Source: Myxococcota bacterium | GTDB taxonomy: Bacteria; Myxococcota_A; UBA796; CAJQPC01 | Direction of reading: 5' to 3' | NCBI GenBank assembly: GCA_036012755.1 | Contig: DASCPX010000014.1 | Coordinates: forward strand, 1-64,000 | DNA: 64,000 nt | Part shown: positions 1 to 9,908 of the stretch, in pieces | Layout of the letters: each line of letters starts with the position of its first letter | Numbering within the stretch: position 1 is the first letter of the stretch | Program-made: the position numbers and the translations under genes | Notes under the pieces: model-generated | What the model saw: the letters and a program-made list of their open reading frames with translations, nothing else | Databases searched by the model: none | What the model was told of the DNA's origin: nothing

Positions 1-297
1 CTGCCCGTGTGCGTCGTACCCCCAGCACTCGATACCGCCCGAGGGGTCGAGGGCACAGTTGTGGTGGTAGCCCGCGCTCACCGCGGAATACGGCACCCAA
101 TCGCTGCCGTCGCAGTCCTGGTCTATTCCGTCCGAGGGGACTTCTTCCGCTCCTGGATACGTCGCCTCGTCCTCGTCGTCGCAGTCCTCTCCTCCTGACC
201 AGTCCGCCGCGTACCCATCGCCGTCCGCGTCCGTCCCGTCGATCCCATCGCAGTCCTGGTCCCCTCCGTCTCCGACCACGTCGGTCGCGTCTGACTG
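1..297 (-). pseudogene. Putative metal-binding (Cys/Asp) repeat plus RCC1-like repeat protein; runs off the window and appears 5'-truncated
   Basis: Manual translation of a frame not in the ORF track: [27 protein letters not shown]...[30 protein letters not shown]...[22 protein letters not shown]. In-frame TGA at 298-300 lies just upstream; the only possible start is GTG at 279, mid-repeat. Confidence 0.7.
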
Positions 298-315
298 TCA
301 ACCCGGGGGCGGGCT

Positions 316-1518
316 ATGGATAGCCTCATGGACCCTCGGGTACTCGCCATCGCAATCATCAGTGGTCTCATCGGCTGGGGAACGAACGCCGTGGCCGTGC
401 GGATGCTCTTCCATCCGCTGAAGCGGGTGGGGTGGAGGCGACTCTCCTGGCAGGGCATCCTGCCTGCGAACGCTGAGCGGATGGCGACGATCTGCGTGCG
501 CCTGATGACCTCGCGTCTGCTGGACATGCAGGCGCTCTTCGAGCGCATTCAGCCGGCCCGGGTCTCGGCGCTTCTGAGCCCCACCCTGGAGAAGCACGCC
601 GAAGAGATCGTCGAGAAGGTGCTCGCTCGGCGCTTCCCGAAGCTGTGGGAGGCTCTCCCTGAGCGGGTGCGGACCAAGGCGCGGGAGGGTCTCCGGGCAG
701 AGGTCCCGACCGTCGTGAGCAAGCTGATGACCGATCTGCGGGAAGACCTCGGGCGCTACATCGACATCGAAGCACTGGTCGTGCAGAGCTTTGTGGGAAA
801 CCGTGCTCTGCTCAACGAGCTGTTCTGGAACTGTGGCCGCAAGGAGTTCCTGTTCATCGCGCGCAGCGGCTTGTTGTTCGGTGGCCTCTTCGGCATGGTC
901 CAGGCGGCGGTCTGGCTGCTCGTTCAACCCGACTGGTTCCTTCCGGTGACGGGCCTGCTGGTGGGCTGGGCCACCAACTGGCTCGCGCTGAAGATGATCT
1001 TCGAGCCGCTGGAGCCGCGAAAGTGGGGCCCGATTCGCTGGCAGGGGCTGTTCCTACGCCGCCAGAACGAAGTCAGCAGTGCCTACGCGTCCTTCTTTGC
1101 GGAGAACATCCTGACGGCGGACGCGCTTGTTCAGGCGGTGGTCCGAGGTCCTGCGGCGGATCGCGTCGTGGAGCTCCTGCAGCGCTACGTGTCCCAGGCG
1201 GTGGACCATGCCTCCGGGGCCGCCCGTCCACTGGTGCAGCTGTCGGTGGGGACCGACGAGTGGCTCGCACTCAAGGGCGAGGTGAGCGAGCAGTTGGCCG
1301 ACCTGGTCCCCCGTGAGCTGGACCGGGTGCACGACTACGCCGAGGAGGCCCTGGACCTGGAGACCGAGCTGCGGGAGAACCTCCGCAGCCTCCCTCCAGC
1401 GGAGTTCGAGCAGGTCCTGCGCCCCATCTTCCGGATGGACGAGGACACGCTGATCGCTGTCGGCGCGGCCCTTGGTGGAGTTGCGGGGGTGCTTCAGTGG
1501 GTGTTGATGACCCTCTAG
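316..1518 (+). CDS. DUF445 family membrane protein
   Basis: Duplicated IGWxTNxxAxxMxFxP motif, WQGILP, C-terminal VGAALGGVAG. Confidence 0.85.
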   Translation: MDSLMDPRVLAIAIISGLIGWGTNAVAVRMLFHPLKRVGWRRLSWQGILPANAERMATICVRLMTSRLLDMQALFERIQPARVSALLSPTLEKHAEEIVEKVLARRFPKLWEALPERVRTKAREGLRAEVPTVVSKLMTDLREDLGRYIDIEALVVQSFVGNRALLNELFWNCGRKEFLFIARSGLLFGGLFGMVQAAVWLLVQPDWFLPVTGLLVGWATNWLALKMIFEPLEPRKWGPIRWQGLFLRRQNEVSSAYASFFAENILTADALVQAVVRGPAADRVVELLQRYVSQAVDHASGAARPLVQLSVGTDEWLALKGEVSEQLADLVPRELDRVHDYAEEALDLETELRENLRSLPPAEFEQVLRPIFRMDEDTLIAVGAALGGVAGVLQWVLMTL

Positions 1519-1694
1519 AGCGGAGCGCTCAAGCCACCGCTGAGGTGACGGACCCGGCCTCCACGGCTTGCAGGTCCCTCAGCGCAAGCCAGAGCGGCAG
1601 CGCCGCGAGCGCAAAGTACGTGCTCGCCCTACAGCCCCTGCCCAACCGCGCCCAAACGGGTGACGTGCTCCGAGCGCAGTCCCGAGGAGCGGCC

Positions 1695-1871
1695 ATGTCC
1701 GCATGGACAGACTGGGTTGCCGAATACATGAGCGGTACGGAGGACTGGGAGCGCCACGTCTTCGTTAATGCGGCACTGGACTGTATCGAGCAGCAGGCGT
1801 TTGGCCGATCGTCAGGGCCCCATGAGGCGTGCCAGCCGGAGAGCCCGGTTCCGGGTGGTCACTGGCCGTGA
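1695..1871 (+). CDS. Small hypothetical protein or gene remnant (58 aa)
   Basis: GAGGAG Shine-Dalgarno before ATG 1695; MSAWTDWVAEYMSG... is protein-like, but codon usage is atypical. Confidence 0.3.
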   Translation: MSAWTDWVAEYMSGTEDWERHVFVNAALDCIEQQAFGRSSGPHEACQPESPVPGGHWP

Positions 1872-2074
1872 GCCTCTCCCCGCGTGGCTCGTTTCGACAC
1901 TCTCGCTCGGGACCGGATTCCTGCGTTGATCTGCTCTCTGGCGGGCCGCGTGTGACCTCGTCTTAGGGCCCCAGCGCTCGGTGCCAGCACGTGCGGAGAC
2001 GACACGCGAAGGCTGTCTGATGGACTGAGGCCCGCAGTCTGACCTGTCGCGGCCCATCCAGGAACCGGGTGTCG

Positions 2075-2140
2075 CCGTTTGTGCATGCGTTTGTGGACCT
2101 GCACCGTCCTGGGCACAAACGGGCCTCAGAATCCACAAAC
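2075..2140. repeat. Interleaved double inverted repeat
   Basis: CCGTTTGTGC (2075-2084) / GCACAAACGG (2113-2122) and GTTTGTGGA (2089-2097) / TCCACAAAC (2132-2140) are exact reverse complements. Confidence 0.75.
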
Positions 2141-2183
2141 ACATTCGCTGAATCCGCCTTGCTGGCCGATCGAGCGTTGCGTT

Positions 2184-3635
2184 TCAGAACTGGTAGTAGA
2201 TGAACTCGGGACCCGAGATGCCGAAGGTCACCACGAACCAGAACATCGCCGCGCAGGTCACCGCCCAGATGGCCCGGTTTCCCAGGATCTTGGACTTCAG
2301 GTCCCCCCAGCGCTGCAGCTCGTGGACGAAGAAGACGACCAGGGTCCAGGCGATGCCGTCCAAGAGCGGCCCGGGGATGTCCAGCTCGGTGAAGAAGTGG
2401 ATCCAGGGGTCGAGCCCCGAGAGGTAGATCGCACGCACGAAGCTCTTGGCGGTCTCCCAGTCGGGGCTGCGAAAGAAGATGTTGATGCTGGAGATCGTGC
2501 AGTAGGTCACGAAACAGCAGATGTAGTAGTAGACCCACTTCGTCAGCCAGGTCTTCTCGGCGATCCCCGAGAGGAACCGGAGGGGCCGCAGCAGAAGCTT
2601 GTGGCTGACCATCGTCGAGCCGTTCAACAGCCCCCACATGACGAAGTTGTTGCTCGCGCCGTGCCACAGACCGGAGAGGAACATCACCGCCATGATGTTC
2701 ACCTGGGTGCGCACCGGCCCCTTTCGCGAGCCTCCCAGCGGGATGAAGATGTAGTCCCTGAACCAGTGGCTCATCGAGATGTGCCAGCGCCGCCAGCGCT
2801 CGGGGATGCTGGGCACGACGAAGGGCAGGTTGAAGTTCGGTCGGATGTGGTAGCCGAGCAACAGCCCGAGCCCGATGGCGATGTCGCTGTAGCTCGAGAA
2901 GTCCACGTAGATCTGTGTCGTGAACAACATCATCGCGATGGCCGCTTCGGGGCCGTTGTCGGCCAGCCTCTCGTAGTAGGGCTCGATGAACTTCGCGATC
3001 CGGTCGGCGACGACGACCTTCTTGATGAAGCCGAGCAGCACGAGGAAGACGCCCTCGTAGACCATCGACCGCGACATGCGAAAGGGACGGCTGAACTGGG
3101 GCAACAGGTGGGGAGCCCGCTCCACCGGTCCGGCGACCAGCTGGGGGAAGAAGGCCACGTAGATGCCAAAGCGCAGGAAGCTCGGCTCGGGTTCGACCTC
3201 TCTCCTGTAGATGTCGATCGTGTAGGACATCGTCTGGAAGGTGTAGAAGCTGATGCCCACCGGCAGGATGAGGTTCAGCATGAAGCTGTCGGCGACGATC
3301 CCAGAGAAACCCACGAGTTGGGCTGCCTCGGCGAACTCGCTGACGAAGAAGTCGTAGTACTTGAAGAAACCCAGCAGCCCGAGGTTCGTGCCGAGTGACA
3401 GCCACAACCACAGCTTCCGCTTCAGCGCTTGCCCGGTCCGATGGATCTCGCGCCCGCAGACGAAGTCGACACAGGTCGACAGGAAGATGAGGCCCAACAA
3501 CAGCGGGTCCCAGAAGCCGTAGAACGTGTAGCTGGCCGCAAACAAGAGCCACAGCTTCCGCTTGTCGTCCAGGGCGTAGTACAGGCCGAAGACCACCAGC
3601 GCGAAGGCGATGAAGACCTTCGAGTTGAAGAGCAT
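2184..3635 (-). CDS. MBOAT family O-acyltransferase (AlgI/DltB-like)
   Basis: MLFNS start; LPVGISFYTFQ, FFPQLVAGP, QIYVDFSSYSDIAIG, WRRWHISMS, GLWHGA; C-terminal FIYYQF. Confidence 0.95.
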   Translation of the reverse strand: MLFNSKVFIAFALVVFGLYYALDDKRKLWLLFAASYTFYGFWDPLLLGLIFLSTCVDFVCGREIHRTGQALKRKLWLWLSLGTNLGLLGFFKYYDFFVSEFAEAAQLVGFSGIVADSFMLNLILPVGISFYTFQTMSYTIDIYRREVEPEPSFLRFGIYVAFFPQLVAGPVERAPHLLPQFSRPFRMSRSMVYEGVFLVLLGFIKKVVVADRIAKFIEPYYERLADNGPEAAIAMMLFTTQIYVDFSSYSDIAIGLGLLLGYHIRPNFNLPFVVPSIPERWRRWHISMSHWFRDYIFIPLGGSRKGPVRTQVNIMAVMFLSGLWHGASNNFVMWGLLNGSTMVSHKLLLRPLRFLSGIAEKTWLTKWVYYYICCFVTYCTISSINIFFRSPDWETAKSFVRAIYLSGLDPWIHFFTELDIPGPLLDGIAWTLVVFFVHELQRWGDLKSKILGNRAIWAVTCAAMFWFVVTFGISGPEFIYYQF

Positions 3636-5231
3636 TCAGACCTGGGTAGCGTAGGGGCTCGGGTCGATGCGGGCCTCGATCAGCGAGAGGCCGCCTCGCT
3701 TGATGGCGTCCTCGACCGCGGCCTGGAGCGAGTCCCGCGTGTCGACGCAGACGCCGACTCCCCCGAAGGCCGAGGCCAGGTGATCGACGTCCGGGTTGTC
3801 GAAGCGCACCCCGGACCTCGGCAGGCCCATCCGCTCCTGCTTGAGCTCGATGAGCGCCAGGGAGCTGTCGGCGAGGTAGACGACGACGAGGTCCAGGCCA
3901 CGCTCGGCGACGACTCCGAGCTCTCCCAAGCTCATCCAGAGACCAGCGTCACCGGTCAGCGCGACCGCGGTGTGACCAGCCAGGGCAGCGGCGATGGCCG
4001 CCGGGAGGCCGTAGCCCATGCTGCTGAGGCCGTTGGACTGGAGCAGGGTGTTCGGCTGGGAGCAGGTCCACACGTGCGACGCCGTGATGCGGTGAGCGCC
4101 GACGTCCAGCGCCACGACAGCGTCATCGGGCAGGCCGGCCTGGACCGCGGCGATGGCGGTGGCCGGACCGAGCACGTCGCCCTCCTCGCGGAACAGCGCC
4201 GCCATGCGGTCCCAGTGGGTGGAGAGCTCCTCCTCGGTCCAGGCGCTGTTGCCCTCGACGCCGACGAGCCCGCTGAGCGACAGGGCGATGTCCCCCACCA
4301 CCAGCGCCTCGACAGGGTGGACGAGATCGACGGGCTCCACGCGGTCGAAGCAGATCACCGGAACGTCGGCGGGCCAGCCGGGCAACCACTGGGGACGAAG
4401 CTCGACCGGATCGAAGCCGACGAGCAGCAGCAGGTCGGCGGTGGCGAGGAGCTCCTGCTGCAGCGCGTCCACCGTCGTGCTGAGCCCGAACGCGCCCGCA
4501 TACCAGGGGTGGTTCTCGTCGGGGATGCCCTTGGCCTTGTAAGTGGAGAGCACGGGGACGCGGAGCTGGGTCGCCAGCGCTCCCACCACCGAGGCGAGTC
4601 GCTCGGAGAGCTCTCCGAGGCCCACGAGCATCACTGGTCGACGAGCCTTCGACAGCGCCTCTCCCAGCTCCGTGTGCACACTTCGGCGAGGATCGATCGG
4701 GGTCCTCGCGAAGCGCTCGTCGAGAGCATCGGGCTGCTCCGCGGTCATCACGCCCGCCGGCACGTTGATGTGGACGGGCCCCCGCCGGCCCAGCTCCAGG
4801 AGCCTCAGGGCCAGCGGGATCTCCCGCCAGGCGCACTCGGCGCTGAGCGTGACCGAGTGCTTGCAGATCGGCGAGAAGAGCCCGCGCTGATCGAGGGTCT
4901 GGTGGGTGTAGACGTTGGCCAGTGCCTCGTCGACCTGCCCGGTGATGGCGACCACCGGACAGCGGTCGAGCAGGGCCCCCGCCACGCCCGAGACGAGGTT
5001 CGTCGCCCCCGGCCCGAGGGTGGCGACACAGACTCCGGGGGCGTCGGTCAGGCTGCTCATGGCATCAGCCATGAAGCCGGCGCTGCCTTCGTGTTTCACG
5101 AGCACGAAGTCGATGCCGACCTCGCGAAAGGCCTCGAGCAGCGGCAGCACCACGCCCCCCGGAATGCCGAAGGCGTGGCGCACTCCGAGTGCGTGCAGGG
5201 CATCAGCCAGGATCCGGGCAGTCGTCGCCAT
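3636..5231 (-). CDS. Thiamine pyrophosphate-binding protein (acetolactate synthase large subunit-like)
   Basis: FGIPGG, KHEGSAGFMA, GPGATN, SMGYGLP, GDAG ThDP motif. Confidence 0.9.
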   Translation of the reverse strand: MATTARILADALHALGVRHAFGIPGGVVLPLLEAFREVGIDFVLVKHEGSAGFMADAMSSLTDAPGVCVATLGPGATNLVSGVAGALLDRCPVVAITGQVDEALANVYTHQTLDQRGLFSPICKHSVTLSAECAWREIPLALRLLELGRRGPVHINVPAGVMTAEQPDALDERFARTPIDPRRSVHTELGEALSKARRPVMLVGLGELSERLASVVGALATQLRVPVLSTYKAKGIPDENHPWYAGAFGLSTTVDALQQELLATADLLLLVGFDPVELRPQWLPGWPADVPVICFDRVEPVDLVHPVEALVVGDIALSLSGLVGVEGNSAWTEEELSTHWDRMAALFREEGDVLGPATAIAAVQAGLPDDAVVALDVGAHRITASHVWTCSQPNTLLQSNGLSSMGYGLPAAIAAALAGHTAVALTGDAGLWMSLGELGVVAERGLDLVVVYLADSSLALIELKQERMGLPRSGVRFDNPDVDHLASAFGGVGVCVDTRDSLQAAVEDAIKRGGLSLIEARIDPSPYATQV

Positions 5232-5257
5232 CGCCGCCCGCTATCCCGCCGGGCCGC

Positions 5258-5820
5258 TCAGATCGCGGGGATGTTCTCGCGGGCCCAGAAGAACAGGGTC
5301 ATTCCAGAGGCGTAGCCGTTGCACCCATCGAGCCGGCCGCTGGAGAGCTTGGTCATGACGTCCAGCTCCTCGTTGTGCAGCCAGGTCTCCTCGATGCCGC
5401 GGCAGTTGCCCCAGTAGTCGTAGCCCTCGAAGGTCAGCTCCTGGCCCGGGCTCGCGGTGAAGGTGACCGGGCTCTCGAAGAACTCCACGCCGTCGAGGTA
5501 GACCACGACGATGTCGTCGAGGAACAGGTCGGCCGAGCCCAGGTTCACGATCTGGATGTCGAGGCTCTGGGTCTGCCCGAGCGCGACCTCGCCGAAGTCA
5601 AAGGACAGCGGGGTGACGAGGATCTCGGGGACCAGTCCGCTTCCCACCAGCGGGACCTCGACCAGGGGCGCGTCGGGGTCGTCGCTCTCGATGAAGACGG
5701 CGTTGCCTCGCACCTCCTCCTGGGTGGGCTCGAAGGTCACGACAAGCTCGGTGCTCTCCCCGGGGCCGAGTGCGTCCACCGCCGCGGAAGTGAGATCGAA
5801 GGAGCCCGCGTCGCCGCTGG
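5258..5820 (-). pseudogene. Fragment with Ig-like (choice-of-anchor D / HYDIN-VesB-type) domains
   Basis: LGPGESTELVVTFEP...IESDDPDAP..VPLVGSG..PEILVTPLSFDFGEV...IVNLGSADL. The frame begins mid-domain with no signal peptide. Confidence 0.55.
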
Positions 5821-5849
5821 ACCTGGCCCACCTCCCGCCGCTCCGAGAG

Positions 5850-6411
5850 AACCCCCGATCGAATCGCCCGGGCAGAGCTCCTCTACGGAAAGCACCGAGA
5901 TCGTTGGGGACTCGGCAGCGTCGCCGTCGAAGCCGGGGAGTACCACCGGCTTCGAGGGGAGCTCGACGAAGCCGACCGGCGCTACACCGAGGCCTACACG
6001 CGCCACAGCGAGATCGGCTCCGCGATGGCCCCGATCGCCCAGCTCAACCTGGGCCTGGTGCGGGTCCAGCGAGGTGCCTGGGCAGAGGCCATCGAGGTCT
6101 TCGAGGCCGCCGGGGATGCCCTGTCGCGCCAGGGCCGTCGGGCCTACCTGGCCGCGGTCCACACCGGGCTCCTACCCTGCCTGGCATCCCTGAACGATCT
6201 CGCAGAGTTCGACCGCCAGCTGGAGCTCGCCGAAGCCGCCGTGGCCGAGACGGGCTTCGCCGATCCGGACCTGGCAAGGCTGGCCGAACACGGAGGCGAC
6301 CTGGTCGCTGGCGAGCGGGCGGCCCGGGCCTGGGCGCTGGCCGAGGATCAGTGGCGGCGACTGGGGCGTGAGTCCGAAGAGCGCCGGGTGGCGTCGAAGA
6401 GCAGCAGCTGA
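5850..6411 (+). pseudogene. C-terminal TPR-like helical fragment of a larger signalling protein
   Basis: Protein-like frame extends upstream of ATG 6025 (RAELLYGKHRDRWGLGSVAVEAGEYHRLRGELDEADRRY...) to a TGA at 5791; TPR pattern AQLNLGLV...AIEVFEAA. Confidence 0.55.
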
Positions 6412-6441
6412 TTCCCGGCGACCGGTCGTATGCTCCGCGGG

Positions 6442-7812
6442 ATGCGACAGCCACGACAGGCCGCTGCCTACGCCGCGCTGCTGGCGCTGGTCGCCTGCGA
6501 GACCCCCACCCCGGAGCCTGCCGAGGAGAGTCCGGACATCGTCCTGGTCCTCCTCCCTGGCTTCCGCGCCGACCCCATCGGTGTCGAGGACGCCGAGGCC
6601 GCGTTCCTGGAGGGCCTTGGCCGCGCTCCCGACCACCGCTTCCGCGCCGCCTACGCCCAGTCCACCTCCAGCCACATCAGCGGCGGGAGCCTGCTCACCG
6701 GCCTCTACCCCTCCGCCATTCCCCTCTGCGGCATCCCCCGCGGCTCCATCTCGGTTCCGACCTGCTCCAGCGTGCCGGAGAACCAGCGGGTCATTCCCGA
6801 GATCCTCGCCCTCTATGGCTACGAGACCGGAGCCGTCCTGTCACCGGGCGCCCGCGACCTCCATGGCCTGGCTGGTGACCGCCTCGGAGACCTCGTCTTG
6901 GACAAGCCCCAGACGCGAGCGGGCCAGGCCATCTGGGAGCGACTGGGCGGCCAGGTCGCGACGTGGTGGGACGCGGCCCGGAGCCCCCGCCTGTTGATCG
7001 TCACCGCCCCGGATCTGAGCCCCGAGGTCCTCTCGCGTCTCCAAGCCGAGCGCGACGCCACGCCGGAACAGACACATGCCCGCTACAACGACGAGGCCAA
7101 GCGCCTTGGGGCGAACATCAGGGGACTGATGGATGCCGTGGGACCCGCCTGGTGGTTCGTGACCTCGACTCAAGGCGTGAGCCTGGGGGAGATCGACGGC
7201 CCCGGACCCCGCCGCCGCCGTGAACACCTCGAGGTCGTGGCCACCGAGCTGGTGCTGGACCGGACCGCCCGAGTTCCGCTCCTGGTCTTCGAACCCTCTC
7301 CGGCGGCATCGACATCCGAGGTCGAGACGCTGGTCGAGCTGGTGGACATCGCCCCGACCATTGCGGCGCTCTCTGGAGCCGCTCCACCCGCGGGGCCCGG
7401 CGTCGACCTCTTCGGTCCGCTCGAAGAGCCCGGGCGTGCCTACACCGAGTTCGGGGACATGCTGGTGATCCGCGAGGGGGCGGACACGCTGACCTTCCGC
7501 TGCTACCGGCCGACCAGCACGAGCCTCGACCCCGCCCTGACCGCCTGCCTCGAGCGCACCCTCGCGGCCTTGGCGACCCCCGCCTCCGTCGACGGGCGCG
7601 ACGGCAAGGACGGCCAGGGCTCGCTCTACCTCAACGATGTCGACGCCGACCCCTTCCAGGCCGTGGACCTCGCCGAGACACGGCCCGCACGAGTCACGGA
7701 GTTGGGGACCCTGCTGAAGGCCGTCCGGACCGGACCAGGGGCGCCACCGGGCGGAGCCCTCTCCGAGGTCACGCTCGAGGAGCTGAAGACGGAGTCAGGG
7801 GGCTACTGGTAG
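6442..7812 (+). CDS. Sulfatase-like (alkaline phosphatase superfamily) lipoprotein with degenerate motifs
   Basis: Lipobox LVAC; PDIVLV..GFRAD, SLLTGLYPS, RVPLLV, ELVDIAPTI, DPFQAVDLA. Start chosen from the TATGCT-N7-ATG arrangement. Confidence 0.75.
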   Translation: MRQPRQAAAYAALLALVACETPTPEPAEESPDIVLVLLPGFRADPIGVEDAEAAFLEGLGRAPDHRFRAAYAQSTSSHISGGSLLTGLYPSAIPLCGIPRGSISVPTCSSVPENQRVIPEILALYGYETGAVLSPGARDLHGLAGDRLGDLVLDKPQTRAGQAIWERLGGQVATWWDAARSPRLLIVTAPDLSPEVLSRLQAERDATPEQTHARYNDEAKRLGANIRGLMDAVGPAWWFVTSTQGVSLGEIDGPGPRRRREHLEVVATELVLDRTARVPLLVFEPSPAASTSEVETLVELVDIAPTIAALSGAAPPAGPGVDLFGPLEEPGRAYTEFGDMLVIREGADTLTFRCYRPTSTSLDPALTACLERTLAALATPASVDGRDGKDGQGSLYLNDVDADPFQAVDLAETRPARVTELGTLLKAVRTGPGAPPGGALSEVTLEELKTESGGYW

Positions 7813-8718
7813 TCGGATCTCCGCGCCCGGGGGCCCGACCTCCAGCACCAGGTCCATGCCCTCGTCCGCCAGGTGCATGTGGAGCTCGTAGCGAGCGCGC
7901 AGACGCTCGAGACGCTCGGCCTCCAAGCGCTCGTTGTGGGCGCGGGCGGCCTGCACGGCTCCGTGGATGTTGACGCCGTAGGAGGCCAGCGCGAAGCCGC
8001 CGAACAGCGCCGCGCCACCCCACACCTCCCGTCGCGCCAGCGCCCCCGCGCTGCCAGCGAGCACGCCGGTCAGCAACAAGGCTGAGACACCCTCGCGCGG
8101 GGACCCGGCGTAGACCTGGCCAGCCCCGGGCACGACAGCGCTCAGCCCGCCCGCGAGCCCCGGGTGGCGTCGGTCGGGGGCTTGCCAGGCCTGGATCTCG
8201 GCGGAGAGACCAGCCGCGGGATCCGCGAGGGAGCCAGGAGAGACCTGGCTGAGCAGACCGGCGGCCCCCTCGATCTCACCCTCGCGCAGCCAGATCCAGG
8301 CCTGCCGGTAGAGCACCTCGTCGGTGGCGGGGAGGAGCTGCAGCTTGAGTCCTGCTCCCTGCAGGTCTCCGCGCCAGTACATCGTCTCCGCCTCGGCGAG
8401 CACGAAGGGGTAGCCGCTGCCCGACTGGAAGACCTGCTCCGCCCGAGCGAGCTCGCCGGCGGCCCAGAGCGCCTCTCCCGCCCGAAAGCGGGCCCGGCTG
8501 GCTTCGGAGGCCTCGCCAAGCTCGAAGGCGGCCTGATCGAAGGCCAGCCAGGCCTCCTCGTAGAGCCCGCGGCGGTAGAGGTCCTCTCCCCAGGCCAGGG
8601 TCTCCAAGGCCTCGGGGTCCGCCGCCACGACCTCCTCGGTCATGCTCTCGTGGCCCAGGATGAGCGCTTCCTGGGCTCCTTGCAGACCCCCGGCCAGGGC
8701 AGCACCGACGAGGATCAC
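7795..8718 (-). CDS. TPR-like protein with C-terminal membrane segment
   Basis: Helical repeats (ARFRAGEALWAAGE), LSAVVPGAGQVYAG motif and TM helices; GTGA overlap with the upstream gene at 8715-8718. Confidence 0.7.
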   Translation of the reverse strand: MILVGAALAGGLQGAQEALILGHESMTEEVVAADPEALETLAWGEDLYRRGLYEEAWLAFDQAAFELGEASEASRARFRAGEALWAAGELARAEQVFQSGSGYPFVLAEAETMYWRGDLQGAGLKLQLLPATDEVLYRQAWIWLREGEIEGAAGLLSQVSPGSLADPAAGLSAEIQAWQAPDRRHPGLAGGLSAVVPGAGQVYAGSPREGVSALLLTGVLAGSAGALARREVWGGAALFGGFALASYGVNIHGAVQAARAHNERLEAERLERLRARYELHMHLADEGMDLVLEVGPPGAEIRLPVAP

Positions 8719-9539
8719 AGGAAGTCCCCTATTGCCAGGGAGATCGCCTCTGGGACCTCGCCGTCCTCGTCGAGGCAAGCCACCGCGGCGGCATGCAGGG
8801 CCCGGTCGCGCTCACCCCAAACCGGCCCCTCGTGGACCAGGCATGCGCGCTGGGAACGAGCCGCGGCGTGAACGCAGCGCTCGGTCTTCCGGTACAAGAG
8901 ACCCAGGATGCGCAGCTCCGCCATGGCGAGGGCGTTCGGGTCCAGCTCGCTGGCCTCCCAGGAGCTCCGGAGGGCGCCGCGGGCCTCCTCGAAGCGGCGG
9001 GAGTCCCGTATCAGCGAGGCGCGGTCTACCTGGCGCACCGCGCAGTCCGCTCTACCGCCGTCGAACAGCAGGGTCTCGCCAGAGGCCGGGACGCGCCCCT
9101 CGACCGACCTCATCACCGTGGCGAACTCGGAGAAGCGATCGGCCGGAGCCCAGGCGATGAGCTGGACGAAGCCCTCGCCCTCCCTGAAGAAGACCTGCCA
9201 CCAGGCGACCCCGCGCGAGTCGACGTAGACCCAGCGCCCGACCCGCGCGTCCACACCATCGGCGGGCCCGGTGAAGAGCGTCGTGAGCTCCTCTTCCTGG
9301 GCCTGCTGGGTGAGCCGCGCGACCCGATCAGGACTCAGCGCGGCGTCGAGGTCCAGCTCGCCGAGCTTGCGGTCCTCGACCTCCAGCTCCAGCGGGCGCA
9401 CGACCAGTCCGCCGAGGAGACCCCTGGCGCGCGCGGTCTGGCCTTCCACGAGCTCGACCGGCTCCGCCTCCCAGGTCCAGCCTGCTCCGAGCTCCCCCTT
9501 CCACCCCGCCCCCAAGAGGACGAGGAGGCCCCCCCACAT
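8715..9539 (-). CDS. Hypothetical secreted protein
   Basis: Hydrophobic N-terminus, GC3-rich codons, coupled to both neighbours. Confidence 0.65.
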   Translation of the reverse strand: MWGGLLVLLGAGWKGELGAGWTWEAEPVELVEGQTARARGLLGGLVVRPLELEVEDRKLGELDLDAALSPDRVARLTQQAQEEELTTLFTGPADGVDARVGRWVYVDSRGVAWWQVFFREGEGFVQLIAWAPADRFSEFATVMRSVEGRVPASGETLLFDGGRADCAVRQVDRASLIRDSRRFEEARGALRSSWEASELDPNALAMAELRILGLLYRKTERCVHAAARSQRACLVHEGPVWGERDRALHAAAVACLDEDGEVPEAISLAIGDFL

Positions 9540-9853
9540 CAGTAGTAGTAGGCGAGGAAGAGGACACAGCAGCCCATCACGCCGGCCATCACGCCGACCG
9601 CGAAGCCGCCCGCAGCGGCGATGAGCAGCGTGACGGTGTCCGTGCCGCTGCTCGGGGGGATGGAGCCGCTGGGGATCGGGTCATGGGCGACGGGACCGTC
9701 CTGGACCAGGAGGACATCCGCGCCCGAGACCTCGAAGGAGTCGTCGACGAGGGTCGGCAGGTCTTCGGCGGTCTCTTCGGCGAGCGCCGTGGGCTGCCCG
9801 AGGCCGAAGATCAGCAACGCGGCGCACATCAGCGTGGTGAGAGCTTGCTTCAT
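9539..9853 (-). CDS. Small secreted or membrane-anchored hypothetical protein
   Basis: Signal peptide ending TALA, C-terminal TM helix, GGAG Shine-Dalgarno. Confidence 0.7.
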   Translation of the reverse strand: MKQALTTLMCAALLIFGLGQPTALAEETAEDLPTLVDDSFEVSGADVLLVQDGPVAHDPIPSGSIPPSSGTDTVTLLIAAAGGFAVGVMAGVMGCCVLFLAYYY

Positions 9854-9908
9854 CGTCGCTCCGTCTCCTGACCTGCCGAGAGCCTACACGGCGGGATACT
9901 CGCCCGCC

